Part shown: piece after piece, positions 20,889 through 31,676 of the stretch
Layout of the letters: every line of letters begins with the position of its first letter
How positions within the stretch are numbered: the first letter of the stretch is position 1
From: an uncultured Muribaculaceae bacterium
GTDB lineage: Bacteria; Bacteroidota; Bacteroidia; Bacteroidales; Muribaculaceae
Assembly: GCA_910586995.1 (NCBI GenBank)
Contig: CAJUKZ010000011.1
Coordinates: forward strand, 1,819-65,818
Direction of reading: 5' to 3'
Length of the DNA: 64,000 bases
The notes under the pieces: generated by a model
What the model saw: the letters and a program-made list of their open reading frames with translations, nothing else
Databases searched by the model: none
Told to the model about the DNA's origin: nothing
Made by a program: the position numbers and the translations under genes

Positions 20889-21800
20889 CTATGCGTTGTA
20901 AGGGTCGAACATCAGTGTGGACAGGTATTTCTCTGCTCTGTCGGGGAAGACTACGGCGATGTTGCCGCTTTTCAGACCTTGTGCGACTCTTATGGCTGCC
21001 AGTAGAGCCGCGCCGCTGCTCATCCCTGCGAATATGCCTTCTTCGAGTATTATGCGTCGGGCCATCTCTATGGCTTCCTCGCTCTCGACCATCTCCTGTA
21101 TGTCGATGCGCGAGGGGTCATATATAGCAGGAACGATGGCTTCGTCCATGTTTTTAAGACCTTGGATATAATGTCCGCGCACGGGGTGTGCACATACTAC
21201 CTTTATATCCGGCTTGAGTGCGCGCATGAATTTCGATATGCCCATTATTGTGCCTGATGTGCCCACGGCGCATACCAGATAGTCAATCTTGCCTCCTGTC
21301 TGCTGCCATATTTCAAGGGCGGTGCGCTCGTAGTGGGCCTGATAATTGGCGGCATTGCCGAACTGGTCTGGCATGAAGTATTTGTCGGGATTCTCGGCCA
21401 CCATCTTGCGGGCCAGACGTATCGCTCCGTCAGTACCCTCATTGCCGGGAGTGAGTATCACATCAGCGCCGTAGGAGCGGATTATCTTACGGCGTTCGAT
21501 GCTTACGGCGTCGCTCATCACTATCACCACCTTATATCCTTTCACCACACCTGTCATGGCAAGCCCGATGCCGGTGTTTCCCGATGTCGGTTCTATTATT
21601 ATCTGCCCTTTGCGAAGCCGTCCCGATGCCTCAGCATCCTCTATCATTCTGAGTGCTATCCGGTCCTTGATGCTGCCTGTAGGGTTGAATCCCTCGAGCT
21701 TGGCATATATGTTTACGTTTGGATTTGGGTTGAGGCGGTTGATTCGTACCATAGGAGTCATGCCTATGGTCTGGAGTATGTTGTCGGCTACAGTGTTCAT
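20889..21800 (-). CDS. Cysteine synthase family PLP enzyme (CysM/CysK-like)
   Basis: IGMTPMV, NPTGSIKDR, EPTSGNTG, GTSGT, GMSSGA, FPDRAEKYLS. Confidence 0.85.
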   Translation of the reverse strand: MNTVADNILQTIGMTPMVRINRLNPNPNVNIYAKLEGFNPTGSIKDRIALRMIEDAEASGRLRKGQIIIEPTSGNTGIGLAMTGVVKGYKVVIVMSDAVSIERRKIIRSYGADVILTPGNEGTDGAIRLARKMVAENPDKYFMPDQFGNAANYQAHYERTALEIWQQTGGKIDYLVCAVGTSGTIMGISKFMRALKPDIKVVCAHPVRGHYIQGLKNMDEAIVPAIYDPSRIDIQEMVESEEAIEMARRIILEEGIFAGMSSGAALLAAIRVAQGLKSGNIAVVFPDRAEKYLSTLMFDPYNA

Positions 21801-21888
21801 TATTTGTGATGATGTCGTTTTATTAAGCAATCTCGTGATATTGTTTTTACAGAGAATACAACGTAACTTTTAGCCGCAATGTTGTGCC

Positions 21889-21928
21889 TAAAGAAATAAG
21901 AGAGTGTCTTTTCCCAAAGGCACTCTCT
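21889..21928 (-). terminator. Terminator-like hairpin about 100 nt upstream of cysteine synthase
   Basis: Stem AGAGAGTGTCTTT/AAAGGCACTCTCT (21899-21928); followed by TATTTCTTT on the minus strand. Confidence 0.45.
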
Positions 21929-22525
21929 CAAGTCAGAGGATTAATAAACTATTAATGAAACATTTAAACTAAGCTCTTCATTTTCCGGTATCAATTTGGT
22001 AAGAAGAATAAATATCGGGAATAGAGTTCGTTTTTAAATGGATTTGCTGTAGGATCAATCCCGGAACGCATGTCGGTAGCCTGAGCTTAGGCATGTTTAT
22101 GCTGGGATTGTATGCATATACGGTCGCTCTAAGGAGCGGCTGATATCGATATTGTTGTTAGGAAGGGGAATGTGTGGATGGATTGAGCTATTATTGGAAT
22201 AAAAGAGGTGGAGAACTTGGGGTTGTGTTATTGAGTTATGCAGTAGCTGTATTTATATGTTTTTGTTTTATAGCCGTTGTATAGCAGTCCTCCAAATGCC
22301 GGTAAAAATATGACAATAAGGAATTGTGCTATTTTCGCTGACAAAGTTATTGTATTTTTACATGAAAATCAACGGAACATGATGTATTTAAATTATTTTA
22401 ACAATAAAATTGATATATCTTGTCACCTTAAATATGATTATATCGTAGGAGAACCGATTTTTTGATTGATTTTTACTGAAGCCTGAATACTATCTTCAAT
22501 CCAAAAATAATTCGTAAATTCGCAT

Positions 22526-23692
22526 ATGGAACAGAATCAAGAAGTAACAAGAATATACAATCACGCAGCCGAGGTTATAAAAACGGCCATACTTCAAGGC
22601 CAATATGAGGCCTTGAAGGGCGTTAATCGGACTCAACTCGCAATATACTACTGGATTGGAAAATATGTTGCTAAAAATACGCGTGCTGGATTTTGGGGAA
22701 CTGGCGCATTGGAACGAATCAGTGAGCAATTATACAAATTGCTTCCAGGAATGCGCGGCTATTCAGCTGAAAGCCTCAAAAAGATGCGTCAGTTTTATGA
22801 GGAATGGCAGGTTTTTGATACTGAAGCAGACTGCAAGGAAGAAATAGAGCTCACTTCAGATAATTCGGTAATCGCGATTACCAAATTGCAATCAGCTGAT
22901 GATAAAATAGATATATTTCGTGAATTACGAATACCTAATCCGGCAGAATTTCCGGTAGAAGACTTTTTCAAGGTTCCTTTCACCCACCACATACATATAT
23001 TTAGTGGTGTAAAAGACACAAAGGCCAGGCATTACTACATCCACCGTTGTGCTGAAGAAAAGCTATCAGCCAAAGCATTGGCGCAAATCATCAAGAACGA
23101 TGATTTTGGGAAACTTGCTAATCTGCCTAATAATTTTGGCCTGACACTTAATGATGAAGTCAAGGCCCGTAAGGCAGTCCTCGCTTTTAAGGATTCCTAT
23201 GTTCTGGACTTCATCAATACTGAAGAAATAGGCGAAAGAGATAAAGAGGACATCGATGAGCGTGTGGTTGAGCAACAGATCATCCACAACATCAAGAAGT
23301 TTATAATGGAGTTTGGCAAGGACTTCGCCTTTGTCGGCAATCAATATCATCTTGAAATCTACTCGGAAGAATTTTTTCCGGACCTGCTGTTTTTCAACCG
23401 CGAACTCAATGCGCTGGTTGTGGTTGAATTGAAAACCGGGAAATTTAAGTCCGGTTATCTTGCCCAACTGATGACCTACCTCCGCATCCTTGATGACAAG
23501 GTGAGGAAACCTCATGAGAACCCATCAATAGGTATTGTCCTTTGCAAGGAAGCAAACCGCAGCTTTGTGGAATATGTGATGCAGGATTACGACAAACCAA
23601 TGGGAGTGGCAACATACACCACATCTAAAGAAGCGCCAGAGGCATTGAAGGACGCTCTCCCCGACATGGATGAGCTAAAAAAAATGCTGTAA
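22526..23692 (+). CDS. YhcG/DUF1016 PD-(D/E)XK nuclease-domain protein
   Basis: VNRTQLAIYYWIG, SLKKMRQFY, FKDSYVLDFI, EFGKDFAFVGNQY, PDLLFFNR, VELK, ENPSIGIVLC. Confidence 0.9.
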   Translation: MEQNQEVTRIYNHAAEVIKTAILQGQYEALKGVNRTQLAIYYWIGKYVAKNTRAGFWGTGALERISEQLYKLLPGMRGYSAESLKKMRQFYEEWQVFDTEADCKEEIELTSDNSVIAITKLQSADDKIDIFRELRIPNPAEFPVEDFFKVPFTHHIHIFSGVKDTKARHYYIHRCAEEKLSAKALAQIIKNDDFGKLANLPNNFGLTLNDEVKARKAVLAFKDSYVLDFINTEEIGERDKEDIDERVVEQQIIHNIKKFIMEFGKDFAFVGNQYHLEIYSEEFFPDLLFFNRELNALVVVELKTGKFKSGYLAQLMTYLRILDDKVRKPHENPSIGIVLCKEANRSFVEYVMQDYDKPMGVATYTTSKEAPEALKDALPDMDELKKML

Positions 23693-24039
23693 TCAAGCCT
23701 CGACAACGGAATCTGATAGAAAATTCAGTTATAATATCAGTTTTGATGACTGTTATATCTTGTTGGATAATTCCAATGATAAGGTAGCTGGCGTCCTAAA
23801 GTCCTGGAATGATGAAAAGAGAGAGTTGTCCCCAAAAAACCGGTAAGTGACCAAAATTACGAAAAGTTCGTTGTCGTTTCCCTCAGCATAGCCTGAGCCG
23901 ATGCAGGAACTGAAACAATTTCACTGAACAACTGTAGTGTCTGATCGGGAATGTATTCAGGCAGGATTATCATCAGCTTTGCATGACTTTTTTCATTTAG
24001 TTTTTGACGAAAAATGATTGATTTGTCGGGGTTTTGTGC

Positions 24040-24047
24040 TAAATTTG
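24040..24047 (+). promoter_or_regulatory. -7 element (TAAATTTG) upstream of metG
   Basis: Matches TAnnTTTG about 100 nt before the metG ATG. Confidence 0.55.
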
Positions 24048-24144
24048 TAGCTTCATTCACGTATATCCTGTAGCCAATAGAGTAATGGCTGCGGGATGCG
24101 CGTTCATTTTATATTGACAAACAACAGTAATTGTATAATTAGCA

Positions 24145-26190
24145 ATGGACAACAAGCACTTCAAACGCACATTGATCACTACCGCTCTCCCTTACGCCAA
24201 CGGGCCGGTGCATATAGGGCATCTGGCCGGTGTATATGTTCCTGCTGACATTTATGCACGCTATCTTCGTCTGCGAGGCGAGGATGTGGTCATGGTGGGC
24301 GGAAGCGATGAACACGGTGTGCCCATCACCATAAGGGCACGAAAGGAAGGCATAACACCACAGGATGTTGTCGACCGCTATCACAAGATAATCAAAGATT
24401 CGTTCGAGGGCCTCGGAATCTCGTTCGATGTATACTCCCGCACAACTTCGGAGACGCATGCCGAGACAGCTTCGGAATTTTTCCGTCATCTGTATGACAA
24501 TGGCGAATTTGTGGAGAAACCTTCGATGCAGTTCTATGACGAAGGTGCAGGTCGTTTTGTGACCGACCGCAATGTGGTGGGTGAATGTCCGGTATGCCAT
24601 GCACAGGGTGCTTATGGCGACCAGTGCGAGAAATGCGGCAGTTCGCTCAATGCCACTGAACTGATCAATCCGCGTTGTGCCGAGACCGGCAATGTGCCTG
24701 TGTTGCGCGAGACTTACCATTGGTATCTGCCGCTCGACCGCTGGCAGGATACATTGTCGAAATGGATACTCGACGGACACAAGGAGTGGAAGACAAACGT
24801 CTACGGGCAGTGCAAGTCGTGGATCGATCTCGGGTTGCAGCCAAGAGCAGTGACGCGCGACCTCGACTGGGGTATTCCAGTTCCCGTCGAAGGTGCGGAT
24901 GGCAAGGTGCTGTATGTATGGTTCGATGCTCCCATTGGCTATATATCCAACACCAAGGAACTGCTTCCCGACACATGGCAGACCTATTGGAAAGATCCTG
25001 AGACACGAATCATCAACTTCATAGGCAAGGACAACATCGTATTCCATTGCATAATATTCCCGGCCATGCTGCTTGCCTACGGTGATGGGTATCAGTTGCC
25101 TGATAATGTCCCTGCCAACGAATTCCTGAATCTCGAAGGAGACAAGATCTCGACTTCCCGCAATTGGGCTGTGTGGCTTCACGAGTATCTGGCCGACATG
25201 CCAGGCAAGCAGGATGTATTGCGCTACGTGCTTACTGCGAATGCTCCCGAAACAAAAGACAATGATTTTACGTGGCGCGATTTCCAGGCCCGCAACAACA
25301 ATGAGCTTGTGGCTATTCTCGGCAATTTCGTAAACCGTGCAATGGTGCTGACGCATAAATATTTCGACGGCATTGTACCTGCCGCAGGCGATCTTGCACA
25401 GGCCGATAAAGATGCTCTGGCTGAGATGGAATCTATAAAATCGGCTCTGAGCGAGAGTCTCGATACTTTCCATTTCCGCGATGCTTTGCGTGAAGCGATG
25501 AATTTTGCCCGCCTTGGCAACAAGTATCTTCAGGAGACAGAACCGTGGAAACTGGCCAAGACAGACATGGGTCGCGTGGCCACGATTCTTAACATTGCAC
25601 TTCAGATCTGCGGCAACATAGCTGTGGCTTTCGAGCCGTTCATGCCGTTTATGTCAGAGAAGCTTTCGCGCATGCTTGGGATGGGTAATATGACATGGAA
25701 CGAACTTGCCACGGCTGATGTGGTCAAGGCCGGAACTGAACTCTCTGCGCCTGAACTTCTTTTTGAGAAGATCGACGACGAAGGCATACGTCCGCAGATC
25801 GAACGACTCGAACGCATAAAGAAAGAAAATCAGATAAACAACTGGCACGCTGAGCCTCAGGCTCCGGACGTTGATTTCGACACATTCTGCCGTGCCGACC
25901 TCAGGGTAGGTACTGTGCTGGATTGTCAGAAAGTACCCAAGGCTGATAAGCTGCTACAGTTCACCATAGACGATGGCTTGGGACAGCGCACGATCGTAAG
26001 CGGTATTGCCCAGTATTATCAGCCCGAACAACTCAAGGGCAAGCAAGTTGTGTTCATCGCGAATCTCCCGCCACGTAAGTTGCGCGGCATAACTTCGCAG
26101 GGTATGATCCTATCGGCGCTTAACGCCGACGGTAGCCTTACTGTCATTTCTCCTGATGCTCCTATCACACCGGGCGCTCAGGTGAAGTAG
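24145..26190 (+). CDS. metG: Methionine--tRNA ligase
   Basis: ALPYANG/HIGH, Zn knuckle CPVC/CEKC, KISTS, C-terminal tRNA-binding OB domain. Confidence 0.97.
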   Translation: MDNKHFKRTLITTALPYANGPVHIGHLAGVYVPADIYARYLRLRGEDVVMVGGSDEHGVPITIRARKEGITPQDVVDRYHKIIKDSFEGLGISFDVYSRTTSETHAETASEFFRHLYDNGEFVEKPSMQFYDEGAGRFVTDRNVVGECPVCHAQGAYGDQCEKCGSSLNATELINPRCAETGNVPVLRETYHWYLPLDRWQDTLSKWILDGHKEWKTNVYGQCKSWIDLGLQPRAVTRDLDWGIPVPVEGADGKVLYVWFDAPIGYISNTKELLPDTWQTYWKDPETRIINFIGKDNIVFHCIIFPAMLLAYGDGYQLPDNVPANEFLNLEGDKISTSRNWAVWLHEYLADMPGKQDVLRYVLTANAPETKDNDFTWRDFQARNNNELVAILGNFVNRAMVLTHKYFDGIVPAAGDLAQADKDALAEMESIKSALSESLDTFHFRDALREAMNFARLGNKYLQETEPWKLAKTDMGRVATILNIALQICGNIAVAFEPFMPFMSEKLSRMLGMGNMTWNELATADVVKAGTELSAPELLFEKIDDEGIRPQIERLERIKKENQINNWHAEPQAPDVDFDTFCRADLRVGTVLDCQKVPKADKLLQFTIDDGLGQRTIVSGIAQYYQPEQLKGKQVVFIANLPPRKLRGITSQGMILSALNADGSLTVISPDAPITPGAQVK

Positions 26191-26219
26191 TTTTCTGAAC
26201 TTTACATAAATTTAAGCCT

Positions 26220-27266
26220 ATGAACAAGCCGCGAATCCTGATCATATACACAGGTGGCACAATCGGTATGATTGAAGACCCCGTCACGCATGCGTTGAGG
26301 CCATTCGACTTCACGCATTTGATCGACAATGTGCCTAAAATCAAGATGCTCGACTACGTGATCGATAATTGCCAGTTTGATCCGCCGATAGATTCATCGG
26401 ATATGAATCTCGAGCATTGGAAGCAGATTGCCGGACATATCGACAGCAATTACCATGATTATGACGGCTTTGTGGTGCTGCATGGCACTGACACGATGGC
26501 TTACACGGCATCAGCCCTCTCGTTCATGCTTGAGAATCTGAGCAAACCTGTGATCATCACAGGTTCTCAGCTTCCGATAGGGGAAGTCAGAACCGATGGT
26601 GAGGAAAATCTGATTACAGCGCTACAGATAGCTGCCGCACGTAGCGCATCAGGAGATCCAATGGTGCAGGAAGTAGCCATATTGTTCGAAAATTATCTTT
26701 GGCGAGGCAATCGTTCTACAAAGATGAGCGCCGACAACTTCAATGCTTTCAAAAGCAATAATTATCCGTCGCTTGCGAAGATTGGCTTGGGCATACACTA
26801 CAATGAGGATGCTCTCCATAGAGCCGATGATCCTCTGCCTTTGCGTACGCATCTTGACCTTGATCCGTCGGTGATGTTTCTCGACCTCTTTCCCGGTATG
26901 ACTGAATCAACGTTGCGGCATCTGCTGGCTACTCCGGATATAAAAGGCATAGTGTTGCGAACTTATGGGGCAGGCAATGCGCCTACAGAGAAGTGGTTCA
27001 ACGATGCTATCCGTGAGGCCCTGGATCGTGGGATGGTCATTCTCAACGTCACACAGTGTGTCAACGGAGGTGTACACCCAAACAGGTATGTGTCGGGCGA
27101 CCTTCTGGCGGCAACCGGAGTCATCTCAGGTAAAGACATAACCTGCGAGGCTGCCATAACGAAGATGATGCACCTGTTCGGGCAGAAATTCTCTACCGGA
27201 CATGTCAAGGAAGCTTTAGGCTCGTCGATGTGCGGCGAGATGACAGACAATATCACTCTGCGATGA
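26220..27266 (+). CDS. ansA: Type I L-asparaginase
   Basis: YTGGTIGM, DSS, HGTDTMAY, TGSQLP, YGAGN. Confidence 0.92.
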   Translation: MNKPRILIIYTGGTIGMIEDPVTHALRPFDFTHLIDNVPKIKMLDYVIDNCQFDPPIDSSDMNLEHWKQIAGHIDSNYHDYDGFVVLHGTDTMAYTASALSFMLENLSKPVIITGSQLPIGEVRTDGEENLITALQIAAARSASGDPMVQEVAILFENYLWRGNRSTKMSADNFNAFKSNNYPSLAKIGLGIHYNEDALHRADDPLPLRTHLDLDPSVMFLDLFPGMTESTLRHLLATPDIKGIVLRTYGAGNAPTEKWFNDAIREALDRGMVILNVTQCVNGGVHPNRYVSGDLLAATGVISGKDITCEAAITKMMHLFGQKFSTGHVKEALGSSMCGEMTDNITLR

Positions 27267-28597
27267 ACTGGGATTCCCTGATAAGCGACAAGCGTTTCGG
27301 ACTGGAAGATTACCATAACGACCGTGCCGGCGAGCGCAGCGATTTCCGCCGCGACTACGACCGGTTAGTCTTCTCGAGTCCATTCCGAAGATTGCAGAAC
27401 AAGACCCAGGTATTTCCGTTGCCTGGAAGCATATTTGTGCACAACAGACTGACACACAGCATAGAAGTGTCGTGCGTGGGGAAGTCTATGGCCGACAGTG
27501 TGTCGGCTGTACTGAAGCGCAAGTATGCGGCAGAACCGTGGGTCTCGAAGCTCGACAATCTTGGCGACATCGTGGCTGCGGCCTGTCTTGCGCATGATTT
27601 GGGAAATCCGCCGTTCGGTCATTCCGGCGAGAAAGCCATCGGTACGTTTTTCAGTGAAGGGGCAGGGCGATGTCTGAGCGGTAGTCTTACACGCAACCAG
27701 TGGGCCGACCTTACAAATTTTGAAGGCAATGCAAATGCTTTCCGTCTGCTTACCCATCAGTTCCGTGGCCGCCGTCCCGGAGGATTCGCCATGACTTACT
27801 CCGCGCTTGCGTCGATAGTGAAATATCCTTATGACTCGACGCTTGCGGGAGAAAAAGGCAAATTCGGATTTTTTGATTCCGAACGGGATTCATTTATCCG
27901 GGTTGCATCGCACCTGGGGATGAAGCGTCTGCCATCAGCTGATGGCAGTATTCGCTATGCGAGGCATCCGCTTGTCTATATAGTAGAGGCGGCCGACGAT
28001 ATCTGCTATGAGATAATGGACATCGAGGACGCCCATAAACTGAAGATCCTGACCACGGATGAAGTGAAGACGCTTCTTCTCGGCTATTTCGAAGGGGATG
28101 TGCGTCAGCGCCGCGCCGATATAATGAACAGGGTGTCTGATCCTAACGAACAGATCTCATATCTCCGCTCGTGCGTGATCGGTACTCTTGTCGACCGGTG
28201 TGCTGAAGCATTCATTGCCAACGAGGAGGCAATTCTTGAGGGAGAATTCGATACGCAACTTCTACGTGTCATCACCGAACATGAGAGAGCCGCCTACGAG
28301 CGTTGCAACGCGCTGTCGTGGGACAAGATATATTCCGCACCTGATGTTGTGGATATCGAGCTTGCCGGCAACAGGATTATTACATTCCTCATGGAGAAAC
28401 TGACTGAAGCCGTACGCTTCCCCGATCTGAACTACAGCCGTCTGCTGTTATCTAAAATACCATCGCAATACGATGTCGACGCTCCGGGCCTCTATGGTAA
28501 GATACAGGCTGTAGTTGACCACATGTCGGCCATGACAGACGTCTATGCGTTGGATCTTTACAGAAAATTGAACGGAATGAGCCTCCCGGCCGTTTAG
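27263..28597 (+). CDS. dgt: dGTP triphosphohydrolase (HD family)
   Basis: RRLQNKTQVF, HNRLTHS, HDLGNPPFGH, FEGNAN, EAADDICY; ATGA overlap with ansA. Confidence 0.92.
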   Translation: MNWDSLISDKRFGLEDYHNDRAGERSDFRRDYDRLVFSSPFRRLQNKTQVFPLPGSIFVHNRLTHSIEVSCVGKSMADSVSAVLKRKYAAEPWVSKLDNLGDIVAAACLAHDLGNPPFGHSGEKAIGTFFSEGAGRCLSGSLTRNQWADLTNFEGNANAFRLLTHQFRGRRPGGFAMTYSALASIVKYPYDSTLAGEKGKFGFFDSERDSFIRVASHLGMKRLPSADGSIRYARHPLVYIVEAADDICYEIMDIEDAHKLKILTTDEVKTLLLGYFEGDVRQRRADIMNRVSDPNEQISYLRSCVIGTLVDRCAEAFIANEEAILEGEFDTQLLRVITEHERAAYERCNALSWDKIYSAPDVVDIELAGNRIITFLMEKLTEAVRFPDLNYSRLLLSKIPSQYDVDAPGLYGKIQAVVDHMSAMTDVYALDLYRKLNGMSLPAV

Positions 28598-28675
28598 AGG
28601 TAAAACACAAGAGAAATGCGCGAGGGGGCTGAAGCGGTTGTGCCGGTTCATTTTCCCGAAGCCTCCTGATTGATT

Positions 28676-29980
28676 ATGAAAAAAATATTCCTGATACGAT
28701 TCATCCCGTTGCTTGTAGCGTTCTTGCTGCATGCATCATCTGCCGTGGCTGTGGAATCAGTGGATGATGTCCCCAATGTGCAGCTTGTCGACCGTACACG
28801 TCATGTGTCCGACCCCGATGATATAATTCCGGCCTCCGACGAGGCTTTGATCAATGAAGCTATAGCCGGCATACGTTCCGGGTCATCGTGTGAGGTTGCC
28901 GTAGTGGCAGTCGCGGATATTCCGGATGATATGGATGAGAATACGTTCGCTACAGAACTGTTCGAGGCATGGGGTATCGGTAAAGAAGACAAGGATAACG
29001 GTCTGTTGATTCTTGTGGTCCGCGACCGTCGTCGGGCTGTGGTCCGTACAGGTTATGGCGTGGAAGGTGCAATACCAGATGTAGTTGCTTCACGCATTAT
29101 ACGCGATGATATGAGCCCTGCTTTCCGCGAGGGAGAATACGGTCGAGGCTTGTTGAAGGCTGTGAATCATATAGGGGCGATTCTCTCCGATCCGTCGCTT
29201 GCCGATGAATTGCGGTCTTCAAATCCTGAGACAGTGGGGCGTCAGCAGGAGGAAGTGACACTTTCAGATATGCTCTTGTTCTGGATGTGGCTTGGAATAG
29301 CGCTCACTGCTGTGATGGCAATCGTCGTTGTCGGAAAATACAGTCCGGTACGTAGCATGCGTCCCAACGACAAGTACACAGCTCTTGCACCGCTGAAAGG
29401 TCCGGCTGCAGCCTTGTGCTTTCTCGGCATGGGCATTCCATTGCTCGTATATCTGCCTTTGCGATATAGTCTGCGGCGATGGCGGGATTTGCCGCGCAAG
29501 TGCCCCAACTGCGGCACTGTGATGCACAAGCTCGACGAGGAGAGAGACAATGATTATCTGACACCTGCACAGGACATTGAGGAGAAAATCAATTCAGTGG
29601 ACTATGACGTGTGGTTGTGTCCGCACTGCGGGGAGACTGATATATATCCGTTCAGACAGCCCAACAGTGGCTATAGCGAGTGTGAGCGTTGTCATGCGAT
29701 AGCGGCGCGTCCGAGTTGCGATCGTGTGGTCGTAAAGCCAACAACGCGGTCGGAGGGGCATGGTGTACATGAATATACCTGCTTGGCCTGCCATCACATA
29801 ACCCGCAAGCCATACATCATTCCACGGACGCCGGATCCTACCGGTGCGATAGTTGCAGCCGGAATACTTGGCTCAATGTCGGGCCGGCGTGGCGGAGGCG
29901 GATTCGGAGGCGGCGGTTTCTCCGGAGGTGGTTTCGGCGGTGGTTCTACCGGCGGCGGCGGCGCTTCTGGCGGATGGTGA
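28676..29980 (+). CDS. TPM-domain membrane protein with Zn-ribbon region and Gly-rich tail
   Basis: WGIGKEDKDNGLLIL, TGYGVEG; two hydrophobic helices; four CxxC pairs; GGGSTGGGGASGGW end. Confidence 0.85.
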   Translation: MKKIFLIRFIPLLVAFLLHASSAVAVESVDDVPNVQLVDRTRHVSDPDDIIPASDEALINEAIAGIRSGSSCEVAVVAVADIPDDMDENTFATELFEAWGIGKEDKDNGLLILVVRDRRRAVVRTGYGVEGAIPDVVASRIIRDDMSPAFREGEYGRGLLKAVNHIGAILSDPSLADELRSSNPETVGRQQEEVTLSDMLLFWMWLGIALTAVMAIVVVGKYSPVRSMRPNDKYTALAPLKGPAAALCFLGMGIPLLVYLPLRYSLRRWRDLPRKCPNCGTVMHKLDEERDNDYLTPAQDIEEKINSVDYDVWLCPHCGETDIYPFRQPNSGYSECERCHAIAARPSCDRVVVKPTTRSEGHGVHEYTCLACHHITRKPYIIPRTPDPTGAIVAAGILGSMSGRRGGGGFGGGGFSGGGFGGGSTGGGGASGGW

Positions 29981-30028
29981 TGCGCATATAGAAGAATATA
30001 CAGAATAAAGAACTATAAAATTTCTTCC

Positions 30029-31126
30029 ATGGAAAAACTTAAATCAATAATCAGTCATTTCCCAGAGGTGACAGGAGTTGAAAGTGTGAGTCCTCTTGGG
30101 GCAGGCCTTATCAACGATACATTTGTGGTCCGTACATCAGATCCGGAAAATCCGGACTATGTGATGCAGCGTATCAATCATGCCATATTCAAGGATGTGG
30201 ACCTGTTGCAGCGAAATATCGAGACAGTCACATCGCATATCCGCGAGGCTTTGATCAAGGAAGGTGATCCGGATGTGGACCGCCATGTGCTCCGTTTTAT
30301 ACATGCTGACGACGGAAAGACTTACTATTTCGACGGAGAAAGCTACTGGCGTCTTATGGTGTATATCCCGCGTTCGGTGTCTTACGAGACCGTAGATCCG
30401 AAATATGCAGAGCTGGCAGGCCGTGAGTTCGGGCGTTTCGAGAGCCGTCTGACGCATCTTGCCGGAAGCCTGGGCGAGACTATTCCTGATTTTCACAATA
30501 TGACGTTGCGCCTGCGTCAGCTTGAGAATGCAGTGGCGGCAGATCCTGTTGGCCGTGTGGCAGAGGTTATGCCTCTGGTAGAGCAGATACGCAGTCGCGC
30601 TGAAGACATGACATTCGCCGACAGACTTTATGCACAGGGTAAGCTGCCTAAGCGCGTATGCCACTGCGATACTAAAGTCAACAATATGCTTTTCGATAAG
30701 GAGAATGGATCATTTCTATGCGTAATTGACCTTGATACGGTAATGCCCGGATACGTGTTCTCCGATGTAGGTGACTTCATGCGCACTGCAGGAAATACGA
30801 TGCCGGAGGATTCTCCCGAACTGGATAAGATTGAATTCAGATTTGACATCTTCGAGGCATTCATCAGGGGGTATCTCTCCACAGCCTCGGCCTTCCTCAC
30901 CCAGGTTGAGATAGAGTATCTGCCATCGGCTGCCGAGATGTTCCCATATATGCAGGCAGTGCGTTTCCTTGTCGACTATATCGAAGGAGACCACTATTAC
31001 AAGACCACTTATCCTGAGCATAATCTTGTACGCGCACGCAATCAGATGCGACTGTTCGAGTGCGCGGAGGCGCGCCATGCAGATATGCAGAAAGCCATAG
31101 CAAGTATACTTGCATCACAGAAGTAG
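30029..31126 (+). CDS. APH-family kinase, N-acetylhexosamine 1-kinase-like
   Basis: GLINDT, QRINH, ETIPDFH, HCDTKVNN, IDLDTVMPG. Confidence 0.8.
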   Translation: MEKLKSIISHFPEVTGVESVSPLGAGLINDTFVVRTSDPENPDYVMQRINHAIFKDVDLLQRNIETVTSHIREALIKEGDPDVDRHVLRFIHADDGKTYYFDGESYWRLMVYIPRSVSYETVDPKYAELAGREFGRFESRLTHLAGSLGETIPDFHNMTLRLRQLENAVAADPVGRVAEVMPLVEQIRSRAEDMTFADRLYAQGKLPKRVCHCDTKVNNMLFDKENGSFLCVIDLDTVMPGYVFSDVGDFMRTAGNTMPEDSPELDKIEFRFDIFEAFIRGYLSTASAFLTQVEIEYLPSAAEMFPYMQAVRFLVDYIEGDHYYKTTYPEHNLVRARNQMRLFECAEARHADMQKAIASILASQK

Positions 31127-31152
31127 GAACTTCCTGCCTGAACTTTTTTTAC

Positions 31153-31200
31153 AGACTCAGCCTGCGGCAAATCTCAGAACCGCAGGCTGAATCTCTTTTT
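31153..31200 (+). terminator. Intrinsic terminator
   Basis: TCAGCCTGCGG / CCGCAGGCTGA stem followed by a T-tract, between convergent genes. Confidence 0.7.
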
Positions 31201-31208
31201 GTATACCT

Positions 31209-31517
31209 TTATTTTTTGCCGGATCGACGAGGATTGGCTGGAAACCAGCCCTTGCGCACTCGTTCGCGTTGCTCGAAGATCTCGAGTATGGACCACAGAC
31301 ATGAGAATGCCACAACACCGAGAAGTGTCGACAGCACCACGTTCTCTACCAGCAGAGACAGTGCGCCGAAGATTATTCCCGCAATCAGAAACCACCACCA
31401 GCATTTCACACCGAAATAATATTCACATTTTATTACCACTGGATGAAATGCCCCGATGGTGATAAAAGCTCCGAGTCCAACGATCAGTCCTGAAAAGTTA
31501 TATCCAAAAAATTCCAT
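31209..31517 (-). CDS. DUF4491-family small membrane protein
   Basis: IGAFHPVVIKCEYYFG...WSILEIFEQRERVRKGWFPANP. Confidence 0.8.
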   Translation of the reverse strand: MEFFGYNFSGLIVGLGAFITIGAFHPVVIKCEYYFGVKCWWWFLIAGIIFGALSLLVENVVLSTLLGVVAFSCLWSILEIFEQRERVRKGWFPANPRRSGKK

Positions 31518-31676
31518 ACTTAGAAATCAGTTCAATTGTTACGCGTTTGTAAAATTACTCTTTTATTTCCATCTGCACAAACTCCCGGAGCAGGCACGGG
31601 TATGCAGGCTCGTGATTTTTTTGTAAATTTGCGGATATAACTTGTCGTATAAGAAATAGACAATCAATTATTCAGA

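Noticed and set aside
21860..21930. SAM-II riboswitch upstream of cysteine synthase (GCGGCTAAAA on the minus strand resembles its 3' end)
   Set aside because: The complementary loop needed for the pseudoknot is absent.
23675..23846. Programmed frameshift at the A8 run extending YhcG
   Set aside because: YhcG already ends at its family-typical C-terminus (LPDMDELKKML); nothing supports a fusion.
24139..25473. 444-aa ORF antisense to metG (and similar long antisense ORFs over tamL, lysA, korA, gdhA and aminopeptidase P)
   Set aside because: They mirror well-conserved genes, have no recognisable motifs, and are expected from codon bias on the coding strand.
29885..29980. GGC-rich repeat as a contingency locus or array
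   Set aside because: It encodes the ordinary Gly-rich tail of TPM-domain proteins.
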